In this document: piece by piece, positions 35,419 to 45,972 of the stretch
Position numbering within the stretch: position 1 is the stretch's first letter
How the letters are laid out: every line of letters begins with the position of its first letter
Source of the DNA: Cladosporium halotolerans
Taxonomy: Eukaryota
Reading direction: 5' to 3'
NCBI RefSeq assembly: GCF_011745625.1
Contig: NW_027191456.1
Span: 372,001-436,000 of the forward strand
DNA: 64,000 bases
The notes under the pieces: model-generated
Told to the model about the DNA's origin: nothing
Seen by the model: only the letters and a program-made list of their open reading frames with translations
Database searches by the model: none
Program-made: the position numbers and the translations under genes

Positions 35419-35925
35419 ATGCCTAAGGAGAAGACCACCCGCGCCAAGCGCTCCACCAAGGCCGAGGGCGGTCGCAAGAAGAAGGGTATGTATCTGACCT
35501 CGACCTCGTCGTCTCTCGCCACCGTGTCTCGTCGTTCCATCATCACTGACGGCCTCTCTCAGACCCCAACCAGCCGAAGCGCGGTCTCTCCGCCTACATG
35601 TTCTTCGCCAACGAGCAGCGTGACAAGGTCCGCGAGGACAACCCTGGCATCAAGTTCGGTTCGTCTATCTCATCCTCATTGTCGCTCTCCGAACGACCGG
35701 CTAACCCATCGCAGGCGAGGTCGGCAAGATGCTCGGCGAGAAGTGGAAGGCCCTCAGCGAGAAGCAGAAGGAGCCGTACGAGGCCAAGGCCAAGGCCGAC
35801 AAGCAGCGCTACGAAGAGGAGAAGGCTGCCTACACTGCCGTGAGTTCCACCACCTAATCGTCAACTTCAACAAATTCTAACGACCATTCCAGGGTGGCGT
35901 CGACGATGACGAGGACGAGGAGTAA
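35419..35925 (+). CDS. NHP6: Non-histone chromosomal HMG-box protein 6
   Basis: MPKEKTTR...[49 protein letters not shown]...DKQRYEEEK, acidic tail; three coding-region introns. Confidence 0.96.
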
Positions 35926-37531
35926 GCGCATGCCTCCCAGCATCGCCAGCCGTCCTTGTCCCCACGGCACGTGTCTTCTTGCTTTCTTTCTCTTTTCATG
36001 CTAGCTCTGGGGTCTTTTAACAAACGGGAGAAAACGGTTCATCCTTTGATGCGCCACGAGAAGTGCAGTCTCTGCGATTGCTACTACTGCCACGGCGCAT
36101 CATTGAGACTCCCGTGGTGGCGAAATGAACGATACCCAACGATCGGGTTTCTCTCATGTGTTCTGTCCAGGATGGAGGACTGCTTGCTCCTCTGCTCTTC
36201 TGTGGTGGAGCGTCTGGCTCTCCTTCCTATCCTGGCGAGCGTGTTTTTGAAACTTCTGGTCTGATGGCTGGGCACGGATGTGTACCATAGCGAGTGCGTA
36301 AATGCAAGTTTTCCTAAACTTTCGGCGTCGCTTTCTCATTGACTATGTGCTGGAGTTTGGTTCACCTTGTTGGGTGTCATTGTTGTGAGGTTTGAGGTCA
36401 TTTGCGTGCGGGCAGGCTGTGGATTTGTGATGCTTTCGTTGTGCAGGTTGCATTTCACAATGCTCGTGGCGAGGCCGCTGGAGTCTCAGGCCGAACGGCA
36501 AACCGTGTCCTTCCGTTTCATCTCCATGATGGCTCCTGTCAGGTCGATCGTACGTGAAGGCTGGAGTACACCATTTCCGCCTAACACTCTCCATTGATGA
36601 TTCCTGACGCTTCAGCACGATCACCAGATCGCTTTCCACATTGCCAAGATTTCCCGGCACCGATTTTCAATTCAACCAGGGCAGCGCAGGGCAGACATTC
36701 TACATATACAAACGACATTTGAAGAAGCCGGGATCTCGGGTACCTGAGGTCGCTCTGCGGTCCTGGCCTCGACCTGGCTTCCACAGTCTAAGCGAGCCGA
36801 AGCCTCAGACTTGCGAAACAGCCGATGTCAGAGAAGCCAAGCAAGCGGCTCCGTGCGGCGCTCCATTTGGCGGCGGCACTGCAATGTCGCTCTGGTTGAT
36901 TTTGTAGGGCAAGGCATGACCCCGGTAAAATAATACAGAAGAAATGCGTTGACAGGAGCTAAGGTATGTCCACTAGGACGATTGGCATCAGGGAGCCAAA
37001 AATCGTATTCGACCCGACGACCACAACCGAGCAGACCGGATAATTCAATCGGCCCAGGAGGCGCCAGAGTCCAAAACGTCCCATATAAGCTACTGTGGCG
37101 CCAAACGAGCAATATATCGCTTCGCACCTATTCGCCCGACTCTCCTCACCTAGATTGGGGCTCCGCCTCTGATCCTCGTACGCGGGTCCGCGTACCTGCA
37201 TCGCTTCATTGCGTCTGCCGCTCATCGTGGCAGCCCTACGTTGAAACAGATGTCCCTCCAAGCGAAGTGGGCGGTAGGGCGGCAGCACGCGAGGAGTGGG
37301 CAGTGGGTAGGTCAAGTATATCAGCCTTTGGCTTTCCTTCTTCCCTCCGTCTCAACTTTTCCCTTCATCGCGTTTCATCCAGCAATCCTTTCCCAGCTCC
37401 GTGAGCAGTCACTCGTTTACCACCTTCATTTCTACCGATCACAGAGCACAGGTGCTCTTTATCCCATCGAACAACAAAGCAACAGCAAACCGACACGACA
37501 AGTCTCTCAAACAACCAACCCACCCACCAAA

Positions 37532-38449
37532 ATGAAGAACACCGGCTCCAACATCCTGGCCTCGGCCTCCATGCTCGCGCTCGCCAGCGCCCACGGCTTC
37601 ATCACCAGCCCCAGCCCGCGCATGCCCGGCGACGCCATGGCCGCCGCCTGCGGCCAGCAGATGTACTACAACCAGCAGGGCGACAACTACGGCAACGTGC
37701 AGGGCGAGCTGCAGGTGGCGCAGGACGACTACGACGCGGCCGCGTGCGACGTCTGGCTCTGCAAGGGCTACAAGTACGCCGACAACAAGGACAACGTCCA
37801 GCAGTGGACCGTCGGCCAGGACGTGCCCATCAGCGTCGACATCCGCGCGCCGCACACGGGCGTCGCCAACGTCTCTGTCGTCTCCACCTCGAGCGGCCAG
37901 GTCATCGGCGAGGCCCTCAAGAGCTGGGACGTCTACGCTTCCAACTCCGCTACCATCCCTGACGGTACGATATCTCACCTTCCCGCACACGCGAGAACGA
38001 CAAAATACTAACTCCCCTCCCCAGACCAGAAGGAATTCTCCGTCACGATCCCCGACGTCGGCAGCGACTGCTCCAGCCCGGGCGACTGCGTCCTGCAGTG
38101 GTTCTGGGACGCCGCCGACATCAACCAGACCTACGAGTCCTGCATCGACTTCACCGTCGGCGGAGGCTCTGGCTCCGGCTCCTCTGGCTCTGGCTCCAGC
38201 TCCGGCAACTCCTCCTCCGCCCCGGCCTCCTCCGCCGCCGCCCCCGCCCAGACAAAGGTCCAGGCCGTCTCCTCCGTCGCGTCTTCCGCTCCCGCGGCCA
38301 CTTCCGCCGCCGCCTCTGGCAGCGAGGAGGCCGACCCGACTTGCTCCGTCGTCTACGTTACTGCTTCCGCCGCCGCGGCTGCTGAGGAGACCGCCCCCGC
38401 CAGGCGCCACAGGCGCAGCGCGCGCGGTTTCGGCCGTCGTCACCACTAG
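37532..38449 (+). CDS. Lytic polysaccharide monooxygenase, AA16 family, with low-complexity C-terminal extension
   Basis: Signal peptide followed by His1 (HGFITSPSPRMPG.A..AACG); WLCKG, IRAPH (second His), CVLQWFW...QTYESCIDF (axial Tyr); intron 37965-38024. Confidence 0.85.
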
Positions 38450-39902
38450 AAAGAGGGGTTGGAGCGAATGGGAGGCAAGTGCGAGACTGACTTCTCTCGA
38501 GGGGTTTGGATGATTTTGGGGTGGTTTTGTTTCTACCGTCTGCACCGCGGAAGCGTGGTGAGCGGCATGTCTTTTTTTTTCCTTATATTGTCGAGCTGCA
38601 GTTCAATGTGCACAATAGATGTTGCTCGCGGTTTTGTTTCTCCGTTGCTTCGTTCAGCATCCGTGTCTATGACGATTATAAGCCTGGGGCTCCTTGCGAA
38701 TAAGAATCTGAATGTGAGTGTTTTCATGACATTTGCGTCTCAGGATATATGCTTTTGTGTGGTTTGGCTTTGGCGGGCAAATTCGTCGATAGTCATGTGT
38801 CGACAAGGATTCTGATTACCACCATATCATCTAGCCATGGGAAAAAAATAACTGAAAGGAGACTTAAAAACTAGGAGGAATCTTCGCGAGGCTCGATTCC
38901 ACGGTGTCTTGTGGGCCTCAAGTGAGAAGACAACGCCGAGATGAGACGGAGTTGCCTCCGTTACCTTTCGAACAAGGTTTTGGCAAGGTAGCATCTAAGG
39001 CGAGTTGGAAACTATGTCCGCGGCTTCAGTATTTGCACAAAATCGATTGATAGAATACTTTTCAGCAGAAACAATCGGTGAATACGTTCTGCCGTGCTTT
39101 CCCTGCAAGTGAAACCGTAGATGCATTAGGTGAGGTTGTGCAACGAAATTTCCATGCACCGTGCTGTTATTAACAGACGGGGTTGGTATTGAAGACATGC
39201 CATGTAATGACTTAAAACCATGGACCTGTAGCTCTAACAGAGCACTCTTTCAGTATCCAGGAGTACCCACGCTTCCTCTCAACAAATGCACCTGAAGCTC
39301 TGGTGCTTTCACGGTGCAATAGCTCTTCGTCTCGGCGCTTTGACCCTGTGTTTGTGAATGACGTTTGACATCATCATCAGCACGTGACCGTGGTCTGCAC
39401 GTCGAACGCACTCCATCACCAGTCAAGTGGAGGGCTCGAGTACGAAACAATGCGGCCAGGGAAGAGCAGAACCTATTCAGCCGACAGCGCGTGCCATTGG
39501 AGTCGACTCAACGGCGCGAGCTGCCTGATAATCGTTCGCCACCTCTCACTCACTCACTCAAGCGAGCATATGACATCAGGTGGGGCACGCGGCATGGTGG
39601 GGTGAGATCGTGATGGACAATGATGCTGTGTGCAGGGCGAGAGCCAACAACTTTCCCTCTCTTTGCTGGCTTCATAAGACCTAGATCTTCTCTCTACACT
39701 ACCATACTCTCAAGTCTTCATACTCACAACACCACTTGTACATCTCATCAACACAGTGAGTCTTTCCACTACCAACATCTACACTACCACAGAACCTCTC
39801 TGACCCTCTCACAGCCCCACCAAACCACCCAACCCAGTACGACTCCCTCCAACCCACCATCTCCTCCACCCTCCCGTCCTAACACGGACCCTCCAGCACA
39901 AA

Positions 39903-40145
39903 ATGTCCGCCCCCAACCAAGGCCGCCAGTCTCCCGACCCTGAGCGCCAGTCCGCCGCCCAGACCGGCTCGACGAGCAACAACCCCAACGACCAGGGCGT
40001 CGCCGGCAGCGCTTCCGAGACCAAGAACGCCAGCGAGTCCCAGCTCAAGAACCTGAGCTCCAACCCCAAGGGCCCGCTCGAGGACAAGGCTGCGGACGCC
40101 GCGTCCAAGGGCGTTGGTAACGCCAGCGGTGCGACGAAGCAGTAG
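39903..40145 (+). CDS. Small hydrophilic conserved-type fungal protein (80 aa), function unknown
   Basis: Strong ATG context (CACAAAATGT), C-ending codon bias, and MSAPNQGRQSPDPERQ...LSSNPKGPLED pattern recalled from fungal hypothetical proteins. Confidence 0.7.
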   Translation: MSAPNQGRQSPDPERQSAAQTGSTSNNPNDQGVAGSASETKNASESQLKNLSSNPKGPLEDKAADAASKGVGNASGATKQ

Positions 40146-40752
40146 ATTATGATGGATGGCATACGTAATGATGGAATGAATGAGAACTCTTTTTCTTCTT
40201 ATGCTTGATTGCTTTACTTTTCCCCCTGTTTTCAATGCAATCTTGAGTGATGGTGGTATGAGGCGTTATGTGTTTAGATGGTTTGGGATATGAACAGGCC
40301 TAGGATTCTTGGTGTCTACGCAGGCTGTGGCTATAATAGTATTTAGCACATCATGTAACGTCTACAGTGCATTTGTAGTACAAAGCCGAGCATAAATGGC
40401 TCTGAACATGTCTGCAATCCGTGTCGGTCGCCATGCACCTCCTCCTCGTCTCACAGCAGACTAGCGAAGTCTGGCTGGCAATGTCAACATCCGAATCTGA
40501 GGGCCGCTACGCTTCTAGATGCGCGGGCTGATTGGCTTTCTCCGCCGAATATCTCGGCGGTGCCTGTGATCAGGGCCCGCACGCTGCATGGATTGTTTCG
40601 TTGCAAAACTGCAGAACATGCTCAGTCGTCTTGGCCAGATTTTGTCGTCGTAGATAGTATTGGAACACACGCAATGCAGATGGCATTCTCCAGCAGTGCT
40701 GCCGAACATTGGATGTCGTCTCTTTAAGACGGAGACTGAGGTCTCACTTACT

Positions 40753-41454
40753 TCACCCTCTCCCACGGCCCCTCGTCGCGCTGGTACCACGGCCAATGCC
40801 ACTTCCTCTTGACGCCGCGGTCGTCCCTCTTCCCCTACCAGTCTGCCCTCCGACACCAGTGTATCGACTTGTCGTCGAAGAAGGCACACCCCGAGTGCTT
40901 CGCATTCGGCCAACGCCTCTCGTAGGCGCCGCCGCCGCCGCAGCCCTCTTCCTCTCGTCCTCTTCCGCTTTCCTCTGAGCTTCCTCCCTCCGTCTCTGCT
41001 CCTCCACAAGCCTTCTCTCCGCCTCAGCCTGCCGCCTGACCTCCTCATTCTCCATATCCTCCAAGTCCTGCGTCGCGCCGTTCCATTGCGGGTTTAAGAT
41101 CAGGCGTTGGTTGTGCTCCGTCTGGCCGAGAATGCGAGTCCATGTGGCCAGCAGCGTAGATGCGTTATTGACTGTCTGATGTACTGTGCCCATGTTCGCC
41201 TTTGCCTTTTCCAGCGACGCCGTCACGCCCTCTATCACACGGTTGACCTCGCGGACGCGCTCTAGCTCGGCCTGCAGGCGCGCGTCTCGTGCTTCGGCAG
41301 CGTCATGTCGTGACTCCGAGCGCGCATGCTTATTTTCAGTGCTAGGGGTATGTTTCTGCGTCGTCGTACCGCTTTCAGGGCTGGCGAAGAGGTCTTCTTC
41401 GTCTTCTTGCAGGCGCAAGCGGGCGATGTCTGGCGTCTCTGCGGGCTTCGACAT
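40753..41454 (-). CDS. DUO1: DASH/Dam1 kinetochore complex subunit Duo1
   Basis: EDLFASP; LQAELERVREVNRVIEGV..SLEKAK.NM..V..TV.NASTLL.TWTRILGQTEHNQRLIL.P.W.GA..D; R/G-rich tail. Confidence 0.88.
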   Translation of the reverse strand: MSKPAETPDIARLRLQEDEEDLFASPESGTTTQKHTPSTENKHARSESRHDAAEARDARLQAELERVREVNRVIEGVTASLEKAKANMGTVHQTVNNASTLLATWTRILGQTEHNQRLILNPQWNGATQDLEDMENEEVRRQAEAERRLVEEQRRREEAQRKAEEDERKRAAAAAAPTRGVGRMRSTRGVPSSTTSRYTGVGGQTGRGRGTTAASRGSGIGRGTSATRGRGRG

Positions 41455-41486
41455 GTTGGCGAGATGCGGGCAATTGGTGGAAGTGC

Positions 41487-41502
41487 ACGCGTCTTTACGC
41501 GT
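41487..41502. promoter_or_regulatory. Tandem MCB-like elements (ACGCGT x2) just upstream of the DUO1 ATG
   Basis: ACGCGT at 41487-41492 and 41497-41502. Confidence 0.4.
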
Positions 41503-42102
41503 ATTTGCTAATATCCTCGGTCTTTCCGTGTTTGTTTGTTGATATTCGAGCTGCAGGGTGACGTGGAGATGTTTCGAGTGCCGGCGTGCTTGGGAGTGGG
41601 ATAGGCACGAAAGGCGGGCGCCAGGGTTCGCTCGTGGGCGGGTGCGTGGGCTAGCGCCGAATCCGTCCCCAGCCACACCGCTGGCCGGCACGTCGCGCCA
41701 GCGCGGAGGACGGAATACACTCTCGCCCTGCCTTCGCCGATTCTCTGACTTCATCGTCTCCCTCTGCAACCGCCCGACAACAAACACACGCGAAATATTG
41801 TATACGGATACGCAGATTTACCCTCGCCAAAACATTCGCCGACCTATCCAAGTCATCTGGCCATATACAGGAACGCCGTGCACGCATTCGACAGCGCCTC
41901 GCGCGCGCATTGGGACGAGAACCATCACCGCCTGTTTGCGCACCGCGAGACTTCCATCCGAAGTGATTCTACCAGGACGGTACGAACCTCGACCGATCGC
42001 ATCGCAATAGACGGCTTTCACCTCCCACGCTACTCCTGATTGAGCGCAACGTCACCTCACCGCCGCCGTCGCGCGCCGCTTCCGCGCAGCTTTATTACGA
42101 CA

Positions 42103-43527
42103 ATGGCATCAACACCGCCGCCGGCGTCACGGCGCGCTCGCACACCACCCACCCCTTTGCACGGCCCGCTGCACGACGACTACGAACCATACTCTCCACG
42201 CCGCTCCAAGCGCACCGCCGCGCATAGCAACCCTTACGGCTCTGCCAGCTCTGAACGTCCGCCTAAAGTAAACCTACAACGCGCAACCACCCCACCACCG
42301 ACCGGCAAGAAAGCGCGTTTCGCCAGCACACAACTCTCATCTCCGCCCTCATCGCCTGCATCTCCACAGCGACGTTCGGCTCAGCACAAGACCCCAAGGA
42401 AAACGCCCGTCAGCCGCGCGTTTGCGGACTTGCTCAGCGATTCGGACAACACACCGCGCCGGCAACAACTTCCCACTCCGCTGTCAGTCCTGCCGACACC
42501 GAGCAAAACACCCAAGAAGCGCAGCGCTGCGACGATGAACAGCACCGCGCGCATCCTCAACTTCCAGCCGCACTCACCCAGCGATGTCATGCCTTCGCCA
42601 CGCAAGATGAAGAAGCCGGGTCACGCTCGCAGCCAGTCCTCGCGCGGCTTTGAGCTGTTTGAGGACGGCACCAATAGCAGCCAGGAGCAGATCCAGATTT
42701 TCACTGACTCGAATGCGCGCATCCCGGAGCTTGATGGTTCCGAGGATAACCCTTTCGTCGGCCCTCGTCAGACTCGCGCTGCTCGACCTCAAAGGTCCGC
42801 TAGGACAGATGAAGAGGCGGAGTTTAACGACCGTGTCAGCAGAGACGAGGGAATGGTGTACTCTTTGTAAGTTGAATCGCCGCAATCCCACTATTGGCGG
42901 GATCTAAGCTAACATTTCATCTACAGCCGTGGCAAGAAGATTTTCCGTCGCTTCGCTGGCGACGACCAAGACGATGGAGGCTCGTCACCTGACCTTGCCC
43001 AACGTTCCCTCAGACGCCAAGCGGGCATCGCTGCAGAGCGCCCGCTCACCCGCAGCTCGATCAAACCTCGCCTCCTCTTCCCCAACGAAGATCAGCTCCG
43101 CGAGCGCGAGGAAGCCACTGCTTCGGATGAAGTTGACGAAGAAGCCTTGACCGATATCGAACTCCCTGTCCCCGCCAAAAAGCAACCAGCCAAGACCGCC
43201 ACTCCGCGCAAGCCCGCCGCATCCCACCTCGCCACCCCGCCCTCTACCAAGCGCACAAAGCGTATTGTCGACGCCGCGCCTGGCCCCGCTCCTTCCCTGG
43301 AAATGGTGGTCGAGGAGCCCGAAGACGCCCCGGCTTCACCCGTCACGCGCAAGGCTACTAAGGCTAAGAACCGTAGTCCTTTCGACGATTGGCCGCGTCT
43401 GAAGGCGCCTAGCTCTTCCTCTAGCCGCGGAAAGAAGCGCACGGCCTCCGAGTCCGTCGAGCCTGCTGATGATGTCGCTCCTAGCAGCAAGCGTACTCGC
43501 AGCGGAGCGGTGGCTAGTCCGACGTGA
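42103..43527 (+). CDS. Putative Rum1/Sic1-type CDK inhibitor (S/T-P-rich disordered protein)
   Basis: LPTPSKTPKK, EDNPF, EGMVYSFRGKKIFRRF (joined across intron 42867-42926) and IKPRLLFP; many S/T-P-x-K/R sites. Confidence 0.7.
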
Positions 43528-44234
43528 TTTTCTTTTCGATAATATCACCGGATCACCAACGCTGGAGGCAGCCGGCGACTGATAATGCGCCAGCTGTCGA
43601 AGCCCGCATCTACTCCGGCGTTCGTGGAACTATTTCCTCCATGGCGGAGAACAGCCTCCTCTCACCTTTCGTTTCTCTACCCTTTAGATTCCCTTTTCAA
43701 ACTCTGGGAAGGCGTTTGTACCACTCGGCTCTCATGTCGAGATTTCGGAAATGAGCGAATAACAATCGGCGAAAGGGACAACAGGATCAGCGATGGAACT
43801 AGGATCGACGAGGATAGGATAGGATACCCTTTGCTTTTTAATCAGCCTCCCAAAAGAGAGGCAATTTGCAGATAGTGAATGAAATTGAATCATGAAGATT
43901 GAAATCGAAAGCGTCTCCTTTTTTGTTATGACAAGTCTAAAGCACCTGTTCCGGTCGCCGAGGGGTACCGTTGATGATGTTGTTAGGCATATCGCATCCG
44001 CGCGCAGAGCCTCTCATGACGTGACATGTCATTCGGAACGCAACACTGCCACGGGAGGCTGTCTTGGTTGCTTGGAGGAGGTGCTTCGTCGGTGTGCCTT
44101 CTTTTCGCACCGCCCGTCGCGACACTAGCGAAGACGAAGAGATAGGTAGGCAGAAAAGCCGTGGGGACTTCAAGGCGTTGATGGATTGCGAGCATCTCAC
44201 AAAAAGGCTATACAGTGATCCAAGACTGTGTACA

Positions 44235-45566
44235 TCACCGCTTGCCCAAGTCGATATCCCTCACCTTGACCAGCCCATTCTCGCCGCCCTCTTCCACACC
44301 TCCCTCAACGCCAAAGAATGGCTTGATGGCAACATCCACAACATCCTCCATCAGCCCCTTGACCAAATCCTGCAGCTCGCCACCCGTCTGCGCGAAATCA
44401 GGGAACGCATTGACCTCCATCAACCACGCCGTGCCCGCCGCGTCAACCATGAAATCCAGCCCGAAAAGCTCGAAAGCATTCGGCAGCGGCTGGAAGTGCA
44501 CGCTCATGCTGCGCGCGGCGGCCTCGAACGCCTCGCCCGTCGCGGAGCAGATCTGCTCGAAGACGGACTCGCGCCAGTCGGCTTCGCCTCCGCCTGTGCT
44601 GGAGGATGATGTGCCGAGGCTGGCGGGCAGCGACCAAAAAGCGTGCACGCTGCCTTCGCGCTCGCCCGTCTGCAGGCATGTGTTTGTCAGGTGCGCGCTG
44701 AGGTCGGGCTGCGCGCCCGCTGTTGATGAAGGCGCGGCGTAGGGTTGGGCGGCGAAGAGGGCGAGCATGGGTTTGTAGACGTAGACTTTCAGCGCGCCGG
44801 CCGCGAGGACGTAGGTGCGGATGTGGAATTTGCGGCCTGCGGAAGGGTGTGGTTGGGGCATGAGCAAGGGCGGGTCGATGTATGGCTGGGCGACGAAGTG
44901 GCGGAGTTGCGAGGTGATGATGCCTTTTTCGTCGTCGTCCTCGTCTGCGGGTTTGGAGGCGGGCGCGGCGTCTTCGTCGCCTGAGTGGGCTGCTTCGTCT
45001 TCGTCCTCTTCGTCGTCGGAAGGCGGGTCCCATTCTTCGAAGATCTCTGTGAGCTCTTCCTCCGAGCTGAAGAGTCTGATACCTTGGCCTCGATCGCTCA
45101 TGCCGGGCTTGAGAATCCACCACTCTTTGTCTGCGACGTCTTTCGACTCATTACGCTGCCAGCTTTCATGCAGCTCGAAAGCTTCGATGAGAGCATCGTC
45201 CAAGAACTCGGAAAAATCCACTTCGATTTCTACTCCAGGCTTTACATGATGCTTCAAGGCACTCTCGGGATTCTTGGTGAGCCAGTGCGAAACGGTTGTA
45301 GATAGGTAATGCTTCCGGATGAGAGCTTTGCGGATGACATAACTATTCGAAAGACATGATATCGAGCCGCTCATAAGCCTGTCGAAATCCAAGCTTTCAT
45401 ATTGCCGCCATTGCAGGAACTTGCTGTCCGCAGAGGGCAACTCTGACGCATCTTTTACAAGGACTAAAAGTTCCTTCGGTAGACGAGCTTTTACTGCATT
45501 CAGCAGAAGTGGCTGAACGTATGGATCCTCGTAATCGATACAAGCGTAAATCTTTTGGCTCGCCAT
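44235..45566 (-). CDS. Tubulin-tyrosine ligase family ATP-grasp protein (Pby1-like)
   Basis: NSYVIRKALIRKHYL, WWILKPGMSDRGQGIRLF, QPYI.PPLL, RKFHIRTYV, HLTNTC, FELFGLDF, LMEVNAFPDF. Confidence 0.9.
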   Translation of the reverse strand: MASQKIYACIDYEDPYVQPLLLNAVKARLPKELLVLVKDASELPSADSKFLQWRQYESLDFDRLMSGSISCLSNSYVIRKALIRKHYLSTTVSHWLTKNPESALKHHVKPGVEIEVDFSEFLDDALIEAFELHESWQRNESKDVADKEWWILKPGMSDRGQGIRLFSSEEELTEIFEEWDPPSDDEEDEDEAAHSGDEDAAPASKPADEDDDEKGIITSQLRHFVAQPYIDPPLLMPQPHPSAGRKFHIRTYVLAAGALKVYVYKPMLALFAAQPYAAPSSTAGAQPDLSAHLTNTCLQTGEREGSVHAFWSLPASLGTSSSSTGGGEADWRESVFEQICSATGEAFEAAARSMSVHFQPLPNAFELFGLDFMVDAAGTAWLMEVNAFPDFAQTGGELQDLVKGLMEDVVDVAIKPFFGVEGGVEEGGENGLVKVRDIDLGKR

Positions 45567-45972
45567 TGTGATCCAGATTTCCAGTCAATCACCGATCGAA
45601 CAATGTCGTTCTCCAGACCCGAGAATCGAAGGCTTGGAATTCCTCTGATGAGCCGGAATTCCTTCCGCGCCAGCGCGCTGCTTTCGCGTCAAGCTCGCGC
45701 GGTCTTCACGTTCCACGCGTCGCCCGCGTGTGGACGTACCCCTCCAGCACGGCGAATGTGCATTGAACATTATCCACCACTTCTTACTTGGTGAGCTTTC
45801 TACGTAGTCCGGTGTAACTGAGATCCTGGGCTTACCTAGAAGGGATTCGCTTCACATGGTTCAGAGGGCAAGGTAGGACAAGCCGGTGTCTCCGTTCAGA
45901 GAGATGAGTGACTCGGAAAAAGCGTCTCCATGAATCAAGAAGACCCGTCCGCGAACATATCAAAGATTGACT

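Noticed and set aside
16815..38449. Possible metal/copper gene cluster (CFEM, DSBA-like, metallothionein, AA16 LPMO)
   Set aside because: Genes are spread over more than 20 kb and interleaved with unrelated housekeeping genes; no shared motif was seen.
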